64,000 nucleotides of DNA from the NCBI RefSeq assembly GCF_009834535.1, contig NC_045728.1:1426001-1490000 (forward strand), written 5' to 3'. The stretch comes from Camelus ferus. Taxonomy: Eukaryota. Within the stretch, counting starts at the first letter, position 1, and every line of letters begins with the position of its first letter. Below the pieces are notes generated by a model. That model ran no database searches. It was given only the letters and a program-made list of their open reading frames with translations, and had not been told where the DNA came from. Below, one piece after another: positions 1 through 12,660 of this stretch. A program made the translations under genes and the position numbers.

Positions 1-1039
1 TGAGCCTTCCTTTCGAATATCAGCCCACTTTGGTTTCGAAACCTGCAGGAGGTGGTGGGTCTCTGCCCGTCTTTAATTTGCTGATTTCTGAGAAGCGTGA
101 GCGGCGGAGGTCAGGGGGCCTTTGGTTCGTCTCCCTGGGCCTTGCGGGTCTCAGGGCTGATGCAGGGCTTTGTCGGGTTGGCTGTGTGCCTTCTGCCGGT
201 GCGTCACCTTGTCCGTATCTGGGCGCAGTGGTGCGATGTCTGGCCTTCCGCAGAGGCTCTGAGCGCACCTGCAGTGCAAACAGAGCCCGCCGTTTCCATT
301 TCGCTTTGGTTTAGACTTTCGACTCCAGTGAGGAGAGTGATGCTGACTTTACTTGGAGAAGTTTCCTACCACTGAGCCGTGTGAAGTGTGGTGTGTTGAA
401 AAATGTTATTCTGACGCCTCCCGTTGAACCTGTCAAGCGCAGACCTGCAGCCCAGGGCAGGGGTCGCCGGCTCCTCAGTGAGCCTTTGGGGGTTTACCTT
501 TTGACCAGAGCATAGGAGCTGGAAAGTGAGGACTTCGTGACCAGACCCTGGAATTTCAGTCCTGCTCCTCCCCGTCCCCATCACAACACCTGCAGAGAGC
601 GCTAGGACTTTCCAGAGCTGAAGGCGACGGTCGGCTCTCGTATGCCGGGCATCATCGCAGATCTGCCCCAGCCAGTAAAGCCACTCTGTGGGAATGGTGC
701 GTCGGCTTAGCGTGATGAGTTACGCTCTCCAGAAAAAGAAGAACGAAATAAATGGCAAACAGAAATGGAACCTTCTCGGTGATGGTCCTGTGGCTCTTTG
801 CCCGCACTCGGTAGTCATTCACAGTAGTCCGGTCACTAGAGCTTGGAGCCTCAGCCTCCTGGAGGAAGAGCTGCTTTGCGTGGCCGCAGCCATGAGTGGG
901 CTGAGGAGCGACGTGTGGGGCAGGAAAGACGCGGCGGGTCTGCCCAGCCGGGGGGAGGCGGCCCGCCACGCCTCCGTCCCAGCCAGATTCCCTCTGGACT
1001 TGAGCTCTCCAGCCTCGAGGTCCCGGGACGGTGACAGCT

Positions 1040-1205
1040 CAGGGTCTTGCTGTTAATTTTCCCACGTTATCTGTTGAGACTCTTAGGGCAACGACTGCTC
1101 GTTTCTGCAACTGAGGAATGAAGAACTGGGCAGTCACGTGAACTCCGGAGGGTGACATAATTAATTGGCGGCCACGCTGGGACCAGACTCCCGTGTGCCT
1201 GGTGT
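1040..1205 (-). mobile_element. MIR SINE remnant, degraded
   Basis: Degenerate reverse MIR core (ctgcaactgaggaatgaagaactgggcagtcacgtgaactccggagggtgacataattaattggcggccacgctggga) resembling 'acagatgaggaaactgaggcacagagaggttaagtaacttgcccaaggtcacacagctagtaagtggcagagctggga'. Confidence 0.55.
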
Positions 1206-2804
1206 GGGGGCCGCTCTGCTCCGCCCCGGTCTGATACCAGGCTGGAACCCTTCGTTCATTTCACCCTTATTCAAGTGCAGATTTCATCACCCTTTAAGAA
1301 AACCGCCTTTTCGGTGAATGCTTTATTGTCCTAAGAGCTTGATTTTTTTCCTTTTTTGGCTGGCCAGCGTGGTTTCTGTCGGTGATCGCCATCAAAGATG
1401 CTGACCGCAAATTTCAGAATGGAGCGATTCGAACCTTCTCTGCAGGTTGAGAAGACGGATCTCGCGTCTTGCCCATCCATCTCTGCAGAACGCTGGCGGC
1501 GGCTTCTCACTTTGCGGGGCATAGATCACCCTTAAAAGGCTACTGCCGCCTCCTGGCACACTGAGGAGTGATTGGGCCATTTAGCCGGCTTCCACCGCGT
1601 GCGGCAGTCAGAGGAATCGGGGGCACAGCCCCTGCTTCTCTTCTCCCACGAGAACAACCACTCCCAGCCACGTTTCCTTACTTGAAATCACTCCCTGGAG
1701 AAAGCTGAGCCTCTCTGTGCTCCGATTGCTTTAATCGACTGTGGCTGCCGGCGCCTCCCGAACCTCACCTGTCTTGAAAAGCGAAAACCGCATCCTCTAC
1801 CCTCAAAACCCAGACTGGTGGTGCCCACACGCCCTTCCCGCAGCTGGTGTGCCTGTCAGACTCCTTGGAAAGCAGCGGCATGTGTTCCTTTCTGCCCAGT
1901 CTTCCATCCCCACCTTCCAATCCATTCTGCGCAGGGCGGTGACAGGGGGGCAGTAGCTGCTCCTCGCCTTTCCAAATATCCTCCCGCTGGCACATTTATA
2001 TTAGATATTGATTTCTGTTTAATAGAATAAGCCAGGAAAAATCACACTCTTTGTTGGCGTTTAGAGGATAAACCATAAAAGCCATTAAGAAGTCCTGTAA
2101 GCAGGAGGGTGATGAATGGGGCTCGAGGTGCAGTCCACCGACTATTTCCAGATAATGTCTTTGAGAGATTCCATGGCTTCTGGCTGCAGATCAGAGCTAT
2201 TTATTTGCAAGGTGGAAATTCTGAGTAATGATGTTCCCCTCGTCCTGACAGACAGGGTTAAAGACACAACTGGACGGCCCTGAATCAGGTCTTAAAGGGT
2301 TTGTGCCAAGGAGTTGCTGGGGTGCAGCCGGTGGTTTTGCTTTGAAAGACGTCCTGTCTGCCCTCAAAACGCCCCTCCTTCTGAGCTGTGAGTCTCGCCT
2401 CCGTGAGGCCCTGCTGGGCTTTGAGCGTTCTTGGGGAGAAGTCAATTCGCAGCTTCTGTGAGAGCAGCGTGAAATTCTTCCTTGCACTGGACTTTGTTTG
2501 GACTTCGTGGTAAACATCTGAGAGCCGTGCTCTCCTTACTAGGGCCCATGGGAACTGTGGTTTGCATTTTTTTTTTTTTTGATTTAACAGAATCTGACAC
2601 AAAGCGCTTCAAACTCACCATCATTTCTTATTTTCTTTTATTTGTTAAAATTGATCCCGTCTGTGTTTGTGGGTGCAAATCCCAGTGATTATGTATTGAC
2701 ACCCGTGCCATAATGTGGTCCACGCATCATTCTGACCCAGTCCTTCCAGCAGAGCCATCAGAGGAGCCCAGCCTGTCTCGATCAGTGTGACTCCCTGCCA
2801 CAGA

Positions 2805-2880
2805 GGACGGTGTCTGCGTGGGCACTTCCATAAACATTTATCAGGTGAATGATTAGATGGATGGACGGAGGGTTGGGTGA
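2805..2880 (+). mobile_element. L2 LINE 3' end
   Basis: acggtgtctgcgtgggcacttccataaacatttatcaggtgaatgattagatggatgga resembles the L2 terminus 'acagtgcctggcacatagtaggcactcaataaatatttgttgaatgaatgaatg'. Confidence 0.5.
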
Positions 2881-2894
2881 GTGGAAGCTACCAC

Positions 2895-3030
2895 TATTCT
2901 GAGCACCTGTAGTGTGGCGTGGACCATTGGCTTATACAGTCAAGGGCACGTCTGATGTTAGCATTCCCACGGTGCAGGAGAGAAAATGAAGACTGAGAGT
3001 GACTTGCCCAAGGTGACAGGACAGGCCTTA
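2895..3030 (-). mobile_element. MIR SINE remnant
   Basis: Contains gaaaatgaagactgagagtgacttgcccaaggtgacag, matching the reverse MIR core 'ttgcccaaggtcacacag'. Confidence 0.6.
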
Positions 3031-5959
3031 AATGCCTGACTTTCTCACTTTTCCATGCGGCACAGAGAAGAGATGGGTTCACCAGTGTGTAGCGTGGGGA
3101 CACACATTTTCTCCTTTATGTAAAGCAAATAGTCATATACGATTTTGCAAAAATGAGAAGTTTTGTGGATTTCAGAGTGCATATCCCTTTTCTTTGGGAG
3201 TATTCAAATTGTAATACTTGGCACGCTTCAGAGCTTGCAGGTGGATTCTGCGTCAGGCAATCCCAACATCCCATCAGGATCAGAGACTGTTCCTTAAATA
3301 TTTACTTGGGCTGGAATTTATCTTAGATCCTTGCTGGTAGTCGGTGAGGGGGAGACTGGTTCTCTGTCGACTCAGAAAGGCGCTTTTCAGTTGTGCTAGG
3401 AGGTGAACCCAGATTTCTAACTTTGTTCACACTTTGGCTCACTGTGGAAGTAAGCACCCTGCATCCCCGCCTCCCCCGTTCTCCAGACCTGCGTCGCACC
3501 AGGTACCTCACCGGAAAACAGACTGTCGGAGAGGCGTTCCCCCAGCCCAGCATGTCGCTTCCCCCGGCTCACCCATTGGTCTCGCGTGTCTGTTCTGATC
3601 AGTCGGAACGGTGTGGGGTCACCCCCTCCAAGACCCAGGGGCAAGAACAGGAGGAGACTCTTTCCGAAGAACGACCCAACGGTCGCTCTGGGAGTGTCCC
3701 AAGCAACATACACTTGAACTGTGTTTTCCCGAAGGAGGTAACTTACCCTTTAGGAAAATTAGGGGGAAGAAAAAGCTTTTTCTCAGTGACTCCTTTGGAT
3801 CATTTCAAGGATAACTTCCTCTCAGCGCTGCTCCTGGTCCCTTCAGAGGAATCAGCAATGCGGTCCTGACATGGGGATGCAGATAGGTGTTCTGCCAGTG
3901 CATCCAGGCTCTGATGTTTTGTCACCGAACACAATAATGATTGCAATCATGATGATAACAAAAATGCCCCCCCACGGTGACTGATAAAATGTGCTGTGCA
4001 GAAAGGGACGGTATAATTGACTGTGGCCGTTAAATAAAGGGAGGGGTGTGGCCCTGAAAGGACACGTCCCTCTGTTAATAGGGACGACGGGAATCTGACC
4101 CTGGGCTGGTCTGAAAATCAGGGCCTGATCCAGAGGGTGACGAGGCAACTAACTGTTTCTTCAGCTACTGATTTAGTACGACCCCACGGGGCGGGCAAGA
4201 GCGGTGACTGTGTGGTGCCTGAGCGGTGTTTTATTATTATTATTTTTTTAACAAGTAGATGAAGCTGATGCTTTGACTCCGTTTCGGCTTCTCCATCCCT
4301 TCCTCTCTCACTGAAGAAGGCCTTTACTTGCTGTAGTCCCTTCTCAGCTCTTTGCCCGTCTATTTGTTACTTTTCTCCGGCTTTTTAAAGATACACGTTA
4401 TCCTTCCTCCTCCGCGGCTGTTCCCAGCCTCCAGGTTGATGTCTGTCTCCCTCCGTTAGCTTTCCTGTTCCCCTTCGGTTCTCCTTCTCCTTGGCCCGGC
4501 CACCATCTCTCCTCCCTCATCCCGGAACCGCACCCTCTACACCGGGCGGCAAGGAGGTCTGTGTCCCATGGTTTTCTTTCTTTCTTTTTTTTTGCTTGGA
4601 GTGTAGTCAGTTACAGTGTGTCAGTTCCTGGTGAACGGCTTCATGTCCCCGTCGTGCATGTATATGCACAGATTGGTGTCAGGAAGTGAGTGGGGGCTTG
4701 CATCAGACTCCTGTCTCCCGGGGGCGGGGGGCAGGCGGTCCGTAGGGAGAAGGCGCCCTGGGGGCACATCTGCAGCGGCACCTGCAGGGGCCCTCGGACC
4801 CGCAAGGAAACTGAAATGGCTTGTTGGAAGGGAAGCGCGCCCCCCGAGTTGGTATCAGATTCATCACCAAACATTGTTTAAAGCTACTAGGATGCTTCAT
4901 TTTAATCTGAATGTGCAGAAACGTTGATCAAAAGGAGAAGCAGAAGCTAACGAGTGGAATCAAACGGGTTTTGGTGACTTCTGAGTCCAGCCCAGCTTGC
5001 ACAGGGTCACAGGTGTCTGTTGATTGGACTCCGGACCATTCCTGGAAGGAAAAGGGGGTCTCTTTCCTGGCAGGGAAGAAGCACCCGCCTGCAGAGTGGT
5101 CCCAGCTTCCAGGAGACACGGGGGTGGGGGGTTATACACATGCTCTGTAGGGTGTGGTTTTGAAGAAAACGCAGAGCTTGCGTTTCCTTGCAGGAAGATG
5201 CCTGTACACTAATGGCCCCTGCACCTCCGGCCACAGGACCTTCCCGGCCATCAGGCTCTTCCAGGAAAGCAGAGGTCTCCGTCCTGTGCTGCAACTGATG
5301 CTTCTGGGCAGACAGTCAGGGAGCATGGGGGCAGGGCAGGAGGAGAGACCGAGCAATGGGGGATGGAAGCAAAATCCGGAATGCGGAGCCCACTTCAGAC
5401 GTCCCTTTATCCACTTACTGTCATCTCCCAGGTGTAACTTCCGTGCCTAGGAAGCGCAGTGTAGACTTACCAGGGTCCCGTGTCTTGCATCTGACTAGCA
5501 GCAAGTTCCCCAGCAGCGCTGGGCCTCCGATCCCTGCCCGTAAACCGGGGGTGGGAGCGGTGCCTGCTCACGGCTTCCTCTGGGGCTGAGGGACTGGATC
5601 ACGTACCTCTGCCCGGCCAGGTACCAGCTTTGCAGACTGGAGCAGATGGAGCACCTGCTCTGTCTCGGGCTCCTCACCTGCACCGGAGGACCTGGTACCC
5701 GGCGTCCTCTGCATGGCTGGCCAGGTCGGGCAGGGCTCTGAGATGATTCCGTTCTTGGCAGCCATGTAGACCTGTGTTTGGTTTACTCACTGTCCAGATG
5801 CAAAGCGGCTCAGAGCATCTGTAGGTCCCCCAGCCAACAGGCACGTTCAGAAGGCTGAATTCATGGCACAGCAGAGGATTTAAGGAAAAACAACTCCACT
5901 CTCCAAGTGCTTTTAGAGGACACGTTACATTCATTTGGGTGTCTTTAAAGACAAAAAGA

Positions 5960-6260
5960 AATTAACCTTTGGTTCATCCTCTCAATGTATAACTTTTGAG
6001 CACGAACTATGTGCCAGGCCCTGTTGGAGGAGTTCAGACATGAAGAGTGAACAGACCAACCCAACCCCTGCCCTTGCAGGAAACAGATGAATCATTTAGA
6101 ACCATGTAATGTGCTAGAAAGCAAAGGATGCCAATGAAGGAGAATGAAGTGTGGAAGGAGGGTAGGAAGTTCTGGAAAGACGAGGCGAAACTGTGTCGTC
6201 ACGAGGTTGCACTTGGAAAGAGCAGCCAGCCAGCGGGAACCAGGCTTGGCAAAGGGAGCT
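5960..6260 (-). mobile_element. L2 LINE 3' end (reverse)
   Basis: ttttgagcacgaactatgtgccaggccctgttggg...aagagtgaacagaccaacccaacccctgcccttgcagg matches reverse L2 'ttgagcacctactatgtgccaggcactg...gtgaacaagacagac..ccctgccctc'. Confidence 0.7.
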
Positions 6261-8829
6261 GACAGTCACCCTGCGGGAAGCGGGTTTTGTTTAACGGTAA
6301 ACAGCCAAACAAAACAGAGACACCCGTGCCTTCATGAGGTGTGCCTGCAAAGTTAGGGGAATCGTGGATCTTCTGGAAGGCTCTGCCCGGCTCTGACGAG
6401 GGCAGGGGCTCCTCTGTTCAGACTATACACGGCCACGCCGCGTGTGCTTGGAGCCTGGCGCCGTGGATGGGGTGCCCCAAGCAGCAAGCGCCCTCGTGCC
6501 CCGGGCTTCTCCCCTGCGAGGGAGGCGGACCCTGAACAGTGGGCGTGACGAAGAGATAAACGACGGGGTACTTACTGGCTTCATTTCACCGCCGCTGAGT
6601 AACCGGGCAGTGTTGCCGCTTTGGGTAGAAGGAGCCTGAGGTCAGGCTGCCCTCCTGGTGGTGACGTCCTCGTCCTCCGTCCTTGACAGGTTATGTCCTG
6701 TTCGCTGCCCCCAGGTCAGCTGTCTTCTTACTCAAGTGGCGTTTATACCGTCTCTCTTATGTGGTTGCTGAAGTATTGTCATGTGATGAAAGCTTCTAGT
6801 GTGCAGCAGGTGGGAGAGAGGAACGCAGGAGCGAGGGGACCACTGACATGTGCTGCCAGCCTGGTGACGCAGACCAGGAATGGTGACAGTGTCTGCGCTG
6901 CTTTGTGTAACACTCAATTGCTTTCCCTGAGACCTTCACCGAGGCTGTTTGCCACACTGTGACAACGGACTCCGGGAACAGGAGAAGTCTGTCTGTGTGC
7001 AGACTTGCCGATGCTGTCTGGTATGTTTCTGAGTCTTTGAGGTGGTCAAGTCCCCCGTGGGCATCGTGCAAAGTATGCCTGGGACATCATGAGAGGTGCA
7101 GAAAACCGGCCAAATGGTTCTGCCCGGGAAGTTACGTGTCAGTCCTCGTGAGGTCCCTAATACAAGGCAGTAAATTGCACCAGATAAGCGCACAGATAAT
7201 GCGTGCAGTTTCTTCTTTTTATGGTGATGAAGGGCCAGCACGTTACCAAGTTTTGTTTAAAGAAAAAAGACACGTTGCCCCGCCGCCCCATTTGTACCGT
7301 TTCTGGGTCACTCCTCCCAGGTTGTGGGTACTCGTTCAGTGGCACGGGGGCAGCTGTGTACACTGACACACCTGCTGGGGGAAGGTGTTTGCACCTGCTC
7401 CGGGCACGCTGCTGTGCAGCACGGTGTCCGCCCCGAGTGCTGGGGAACAGGGCACGGGGGTCCGCTCCACCCGGCCCCTCCCGGGCCTGCTTCGGTGCCC
7501 CTCCTCGGGCAGCACCAGGCCAGCCCTGGGTCCCCCTCCTGCGACAGCAGCCCCTGTCTGGTTTAGATCTTTGCCTCGCTGAGCGGTCGCTGCCTCCCGG
7601 CCCACATGACACTCAGTTCCCAGTTTTTACAACACGAGGCTGGAGAGACATGAAGGACTTAACTGAGAATCTGGGGAGGTTTCTGTGGAAAAGAGACAGG
7701 GAGCCGGCAGGCCAGGGTCAAGTCCTGACTCCAGAGTCTGTAGGAAAAACCGTGTGAGCTTGCGGGGGGTCCTGGGGGAGGTGACCTCCATGCCCTCCTC
7801 CTCAGGGGGGCCTGGCCCTCAGGTGTCCATGCCCAGAGCCCACCAGGGGCATCCCCTCTGGTCCCATGGATGGGGTGCCTTCCCGCCCGAGGCCACGCCC
7901 CGCGGCGCCCCCAGCAGAGCCCTCCCCCCTCACCCTCCACCCCGCAGCTGCACACACACCGGCTCCCGCCCCCAGGGCAGGCGGTGGCTCTCAGAGGCAG
8001 CGGGCGCCTGAGTCCCGCCGGTAACACGGCCCTGTTCTCGCCCTCAGCGCCGCCCGGCCGCTGCCTGCGCCTCGGCTCCGCGTCCCCGCTCCGCGCCCTC
8101 GGGCCCCGGTCCTTGAGGCCGGAGGAAGCCGTGGCCCTTTGGAGTGTTTTCCCAGCAGAAATTCAGCAGGAACGTTTCCCACCTGCCAGCCGGAGCAGAC
8201 TCTCAGGCCTTCACGCTCCCCTCGGCTGCTTTCTGCTTCCCGCCTGGGACACAGGAGGCGGGGAGAGGGGCTCTTCCCAATTACCCACAAGCAGAGACAG
8301 ACTCACAGACGCAGAGAGCGGACTCGTGGTCACCAGGGGGGAGGGTGGGAGCGGATAAATGGGAGCTTGAGATTCGCAGATGCCGACCGCTGTATAGGAA
8401 AGAGGTTAACAGCGAGTCTCTTCTGTGCAGCACAGGGAACTGTATTCGTTACCTTGTAGTAACTTATCATGGAAAAGAGGGTGCGCATGCTCGGGTCTGA
8501 CGGAGCCTGTGCGGGGCTCCGGAAGTTGACCAGCGCTGTAAACTGACTGAAGAACAATCACAATGGAAGGCATGTGCACTGACGCACAGAGGAGGTGGTA
8601 ACTCGCCCAGAACCGCACGGCGCCTCCAGGGCTGACGCCGTGTCCAGATCATCTGACCATTCGTGCCCTTTTCTTTTCACCGAATTGGATGCGTCCCACG
8701 ACCCTACACACATGTAACGCCACCTCCTTGTTGTCTAAGGTCACGACGGCGGTGGAAGCATCTTAGAAAACAGGCAGGTCTCACTGGGCGCTCTGTTTGC
8801 ATCCTTGGCCTTACCGCCCAGGTGTGAGG

Positions 8830-8900
8830 TGCTGGGAGGGACAACCGGGGGTGCCTCAGTTTCTCCATTTGCGAAACCGAGAAAATCACACCTCACGCCT
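8830..8900 (+). mobile_element. MIR core fragment
   Basis: gtgcctcagtttctccatttgcgaaaccgag resembles MIR core 'gtgcctcagtttcctcatctgtaaaatggg'. Confidence 0.55.
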
Positions 8901-11154
8901 CCTGGTTCCCACAGACTGTGGGGGAAGGCATGCTGCGTCAGTGCTAGCAGAGCACTTCGCTTCCCGGAGCATCTTCCTTTGGAGGCATCGGCATATGACC
9001 GCGCCTTGTGTTGGTAAGCAGGACTGGCCTGAGCCTGGGGCCCGCACGGGAAGCCACCGCCCCCACACCCCCGCGTGCAGGGATCCCGTTCTCCCGGACC
9101 CTCTGCCCTTTGCCTCCAGCACCTACTCATTAACGTAGACAAGGACACCACTTCGTACCTTCCCTCTACCTCGCTTCAGGGCGCTCCAGGTGCCCTGCCA
9201 GCGCTGTTACATCGAGCACCCCTGCCCAGAGGGGAGGTGTTACCAGCGCGTTCACTTGGCAGGTGGGTGGGGGGAGGGGACAGAGGAATGGAGCACGTGA
9301 ATGAAAAACACTGCAGCCAAACCAGTACGCAAAGGACGCTGTGGTCCTCAAGTCATCCGCCACTACCTCCACCCCTGGCAGTGAGAGGAGGGAACTCGGG
9401 ATGCGGACAGGCAGGCAGCCCGGACTCTGCAGCCACCCCAGCGGTGCTCCGAGGGGACTCAGGAGGGGAAAGGACAGGACACTGGCCCTGGAGAGCTAAG
9501 GTGCCCGTCAAAGGAATGATCTCAATGAGCCCAGACCTTTTCGCCTTCCCCTACAAAGAGAAGGGCTGAATTTCTTAACTCGAGGTATCTGGTTCTCTTT
9601 AATTAACAGAGATCTTTTGATGTTCCGACTACCTGGTCTTTGCTGCAAAAGCTCGCACGTCCTGGCTTCTAGCTCGCCTCTTTGGATCGGCTTCTCAGAG
9701 TGAACTGAGAAGCTGTGTCCCAGGCTTGAGTCCTTAGGAAACGCACTGAGCAAAACATAACCGACATACCTGTCAGCTTTTAGGCTTGCGTTTTATTTCG
9801 GTTGACAGGAGGGAGGGGTTCTGGTTCCCTGGGCCTGCACCCCAGCTGGCTTCACGTCCTGCCCCAGGAACTAACACCTCCTCGGCTCGGGGGGCCCCCG
9901 TCTTCCTGAAAGCCTGGTCTGAGTGGCAGGAGAACCGCAGCGGGGTCCCGGCGCGCTCTGGTCTCAGCTACTTCCATAAAGAAATCGATTAAGTTTGCTG
10001 ACAGTCGGCTTCTCCTGAAGGTCTGCTGGCAGAGGGCTTAGCTTTATATCATCTTCCATAGCCCAAAACAAAACAGCCATTTCATTATTTCATCCGCAGG
10101 TGAGAGTGATTTCTATTTATCTCGGTGAGGCCCCCATCCTGGCTCATCTGCTCTCACCAGTCGGACCGCCTTTGTTCCCAGCACTGTTTGTCTGTTTCCT
10201 CTTAGAGGGAGACTCTGAGCCCTTGCAGAGGGAGCATGTTGTCATTTTAAGGAGTGGAGGGTCTTCTGGCTCCACTCTTCCCCCAGACAATCCATTTCCA
10301 TAACCATCAAGGTGTCAGATGCAAAATAAAACCCGCTGCACGGAGCACCAGGCGAAGGCCGTTCGGATCATCTCCGAATCCTGGGTCTGGGAGGACTTTT
10401 TGAGATTTTCCTCCAATTGGAACAAAATTACCACCGATGACAACAGAGCCTTCGAACCTCGAGGGACCAGAGCAAGTGGGAGTAGGTGGGGGTGGGAGGC
10501 ACCGTGTGGAGGGGGCGCTGTGTCTGCGCCTGGGCTCGCAGGAGCCGACCGGTGAATACAGATGAGCGTGGCAGGAAGAAGAGGGTCTGAAGTCGGAAGC
10601 GTGGACTCGGGCTCAGAGCGGCGTGACCTGAGGACAGCGCTGGGCGTCGCCAAAGCCTGTCTGCTCACCTCTGAACAGAGGACAATGACACTGACTCCGC
10701 CTGCCCGGCGGCGTGGAAGCCGTGACGCGTCAGAGCAGCGTTTAAAAGGCCTTTGCGTATTCTTATGTGCAAATGCCCATTATTAACGTTGTTCCTGGGA
10801 ACCGAACTTAACCACAAGGGAAAATCCACAGGGAAAAACGTGGAATGCACCCAAACCTCAAGCAGGAGAGACGTCTGCAGTCCACAGTCGTCCCTGTCCA
10901 CCTGCGCTCTCTTCTCGGGGTACGATTTGAGGTGAAAAAGTCAAAAACTGGCAAGACAAGTGGTGAGACCCTAGGTGGCCAGTTGGGGTTCCTCCCTCGG
11001 CCCAGTGCTTTAGCAGAGGGGCCCACGGCACTCAGAAAGCACGATCCGAGTGGCTGCAGAGGGCCCGCGACAGCCCCCCTCTGTCAGGATCAAGGCTGGG
11101 CCGCTGAGCGGCGAGCTTTACAGCGTCCCCACTGGTCTTGCAAAATCCCCAGCA

Positions 11155-11310
11155 GGACAATGACTTTGCTCAGACAAATGGCTTAACCTTTTCCTGCCTC
11201 AGTTTCTTCATGATAAAACAATTTCTACCCTTTCGTGTCCTTACTGCGTAAGGATCAAAGACAGTTATGCGTGCGAGCAGTCGGAAGCGCTGCCTATAAC
11301 TCAGGGGCTC
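11155..11310 (+). mobile_element. MIR SINE remnant
   Basis: tgactttgctcagacaaatggcttaaccttttcctgcctcagtttcttcatgataaaac matches MIR 'tgaccttgggcaagttacttaacctctctgtgcctcagtttcctcatctgtaaaatg'. Confidence 0.7.
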
Positions 11311-12114
11311 CGTGAGTCTGACTCTTGCTTTTCAGGTGCCACCTTTCTTAGGGCGCTTTTTCTCCCGCAGGGCAGAGAGCAGGACGGCACGGGCTGACCC
11401 CAGGAGTGCCCCAAGGAGACAGAATTTCTGAGAGTAACAGGAGGCAGTGAAATATGAAAAATGTCAGCCGACCTCCAGGAGCAGACAGGTTCCTGGCAGG
11501 AGCCACTGCGAGACGGTGGAGTTGCCCCTCTCAGGAAGCGGTGGCCACACTGACCGCTCAGCTGGAGAGAGTCCTCTCAGGGGCCTGATGATTCCCTTCT
11601 ACGTTATTGATGAGTTTTGCTAATAAGAATGAAACGGCTGAAATTGGCTACAAGGCTGTAATCACTCATGGAGAGGCTTCTAGCTGCACCGTAATCGCGG
11701 CCGGGCCGCGTTCTCAGATAATTACTCTCCATCTGGCCTTGGTCTTGGCGACTCCTCCCGCCCGTTTGCGGCGAGGTCCGCGTCTGCGGCCAAGATAGCA
11801 GAATCGGGATGTGCATTACATGCCTCTGATGGAGTTGAGTCACTGTGAGTTTTAAACAGTGAGCTGGGTTCAGGCAGCTTCAGAAACCCCAGGGAGGTGT
11901 TGACGTGCAGCGCAGAGGGGAGGGCGCCAGGCCCAGGCGCTCGCCCCTCTGCTGGGCCGGGCTGGTGATTCAGTCTCTCCTGTTTGCTCCGTGGTGGTCA
12001 ACATTTTTCACGGGCTTTTCACAGTGCTTGCAAAAATGCCTCCTAAGCGAAAATAGAAAAAAAAAAAATACGCTTTCTTCTTTGTGCGGCTTTCAAAAAT
12101 ACACCTATTGAATT

Positions 12115-12130
12115 GAGAGAGAGAGAGAGA
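12115..12130. repeat. (GA)8 microsatellite
   Basis: Read directly from the sequence. Confidence 0.9.
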
Positions 12131-12589
12131 AAAAGTTCATGGAAGAATGGTGAACTTCTCCCCAAACAAACCATATTTGATCCTTGCAAACGTGTTTTTT
12201 CCTGGTTATTAAATTCGGTTTGTAAGACGATATAGATACCTATGTATTTCTTTCTTTCTTTCTAAAGCTAAATTTTGGGCGGGGGCTCTGGACGATGTCA
12301 GAGATTCTGCCCCCGACAGTGTTGTTTTTAACAGAAATACCGTGTTTAGAATTCTGTGCCCTTCTTGACTTGCCAACAAAAATTCTCGCTTCCAGAATTA
12401 TGTGTAATAATAATATTGTTATTTTGAAAAGAGGAACTAAGCCTATTTCACCAACATGACGACTCATGGAGAAGAGGCAGTGGAGGGCAGGCTAGAGCTC
12501 CTCGCCTTCTGAGGGGGCGGGGGGCGGGGGGCACACCCCCGCCCCCCGCAGCGTGTGACTCTCTGAGGAGGCGCCTGGCCTCACCCACC

Positions 12590-12660
12590 CTGGCCCTTCC
12601 GGCCCTCAGCACAGTGCCTGGTGCACAGCAGACGTCCAGTGATGGTCTAGTAAAGTAATA
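12590..12660 (+). mobile_element. L2 3' end fragment
   Basis: cccctcagcacagtgcctggtgcacagcagacgtccagtg-like stretch resembling L2 'cctagcacagtgcctggcacatagtaggcgctcaata'. Confidence 0.5.

Noticed and set aside
1769-1926. Minus-strand exon-like segment (ccctgcgcag acceptor, CAG|gtgagg donor, open frame)
   Set aside because: Peptide not recognised and no supporting context. Such pairs are frequent by chance in 64 kb.
4080-4200. Possible snoRNA or miRNA (several CTGA boxes)
   Set aside because: No RUGAUGA C box with a terminal stem, no clear hairpin, and no mature miRNA sequence I recognise.
9688-9715. Hairpin cggcttctcag-agtgaa-ctgagaagctg
   Set aside because: Only 9 Watson-Crick pairs plus a weak extension. 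Too short for a pre-miRNA, and intrinsic terminators do not apply to a mammal.
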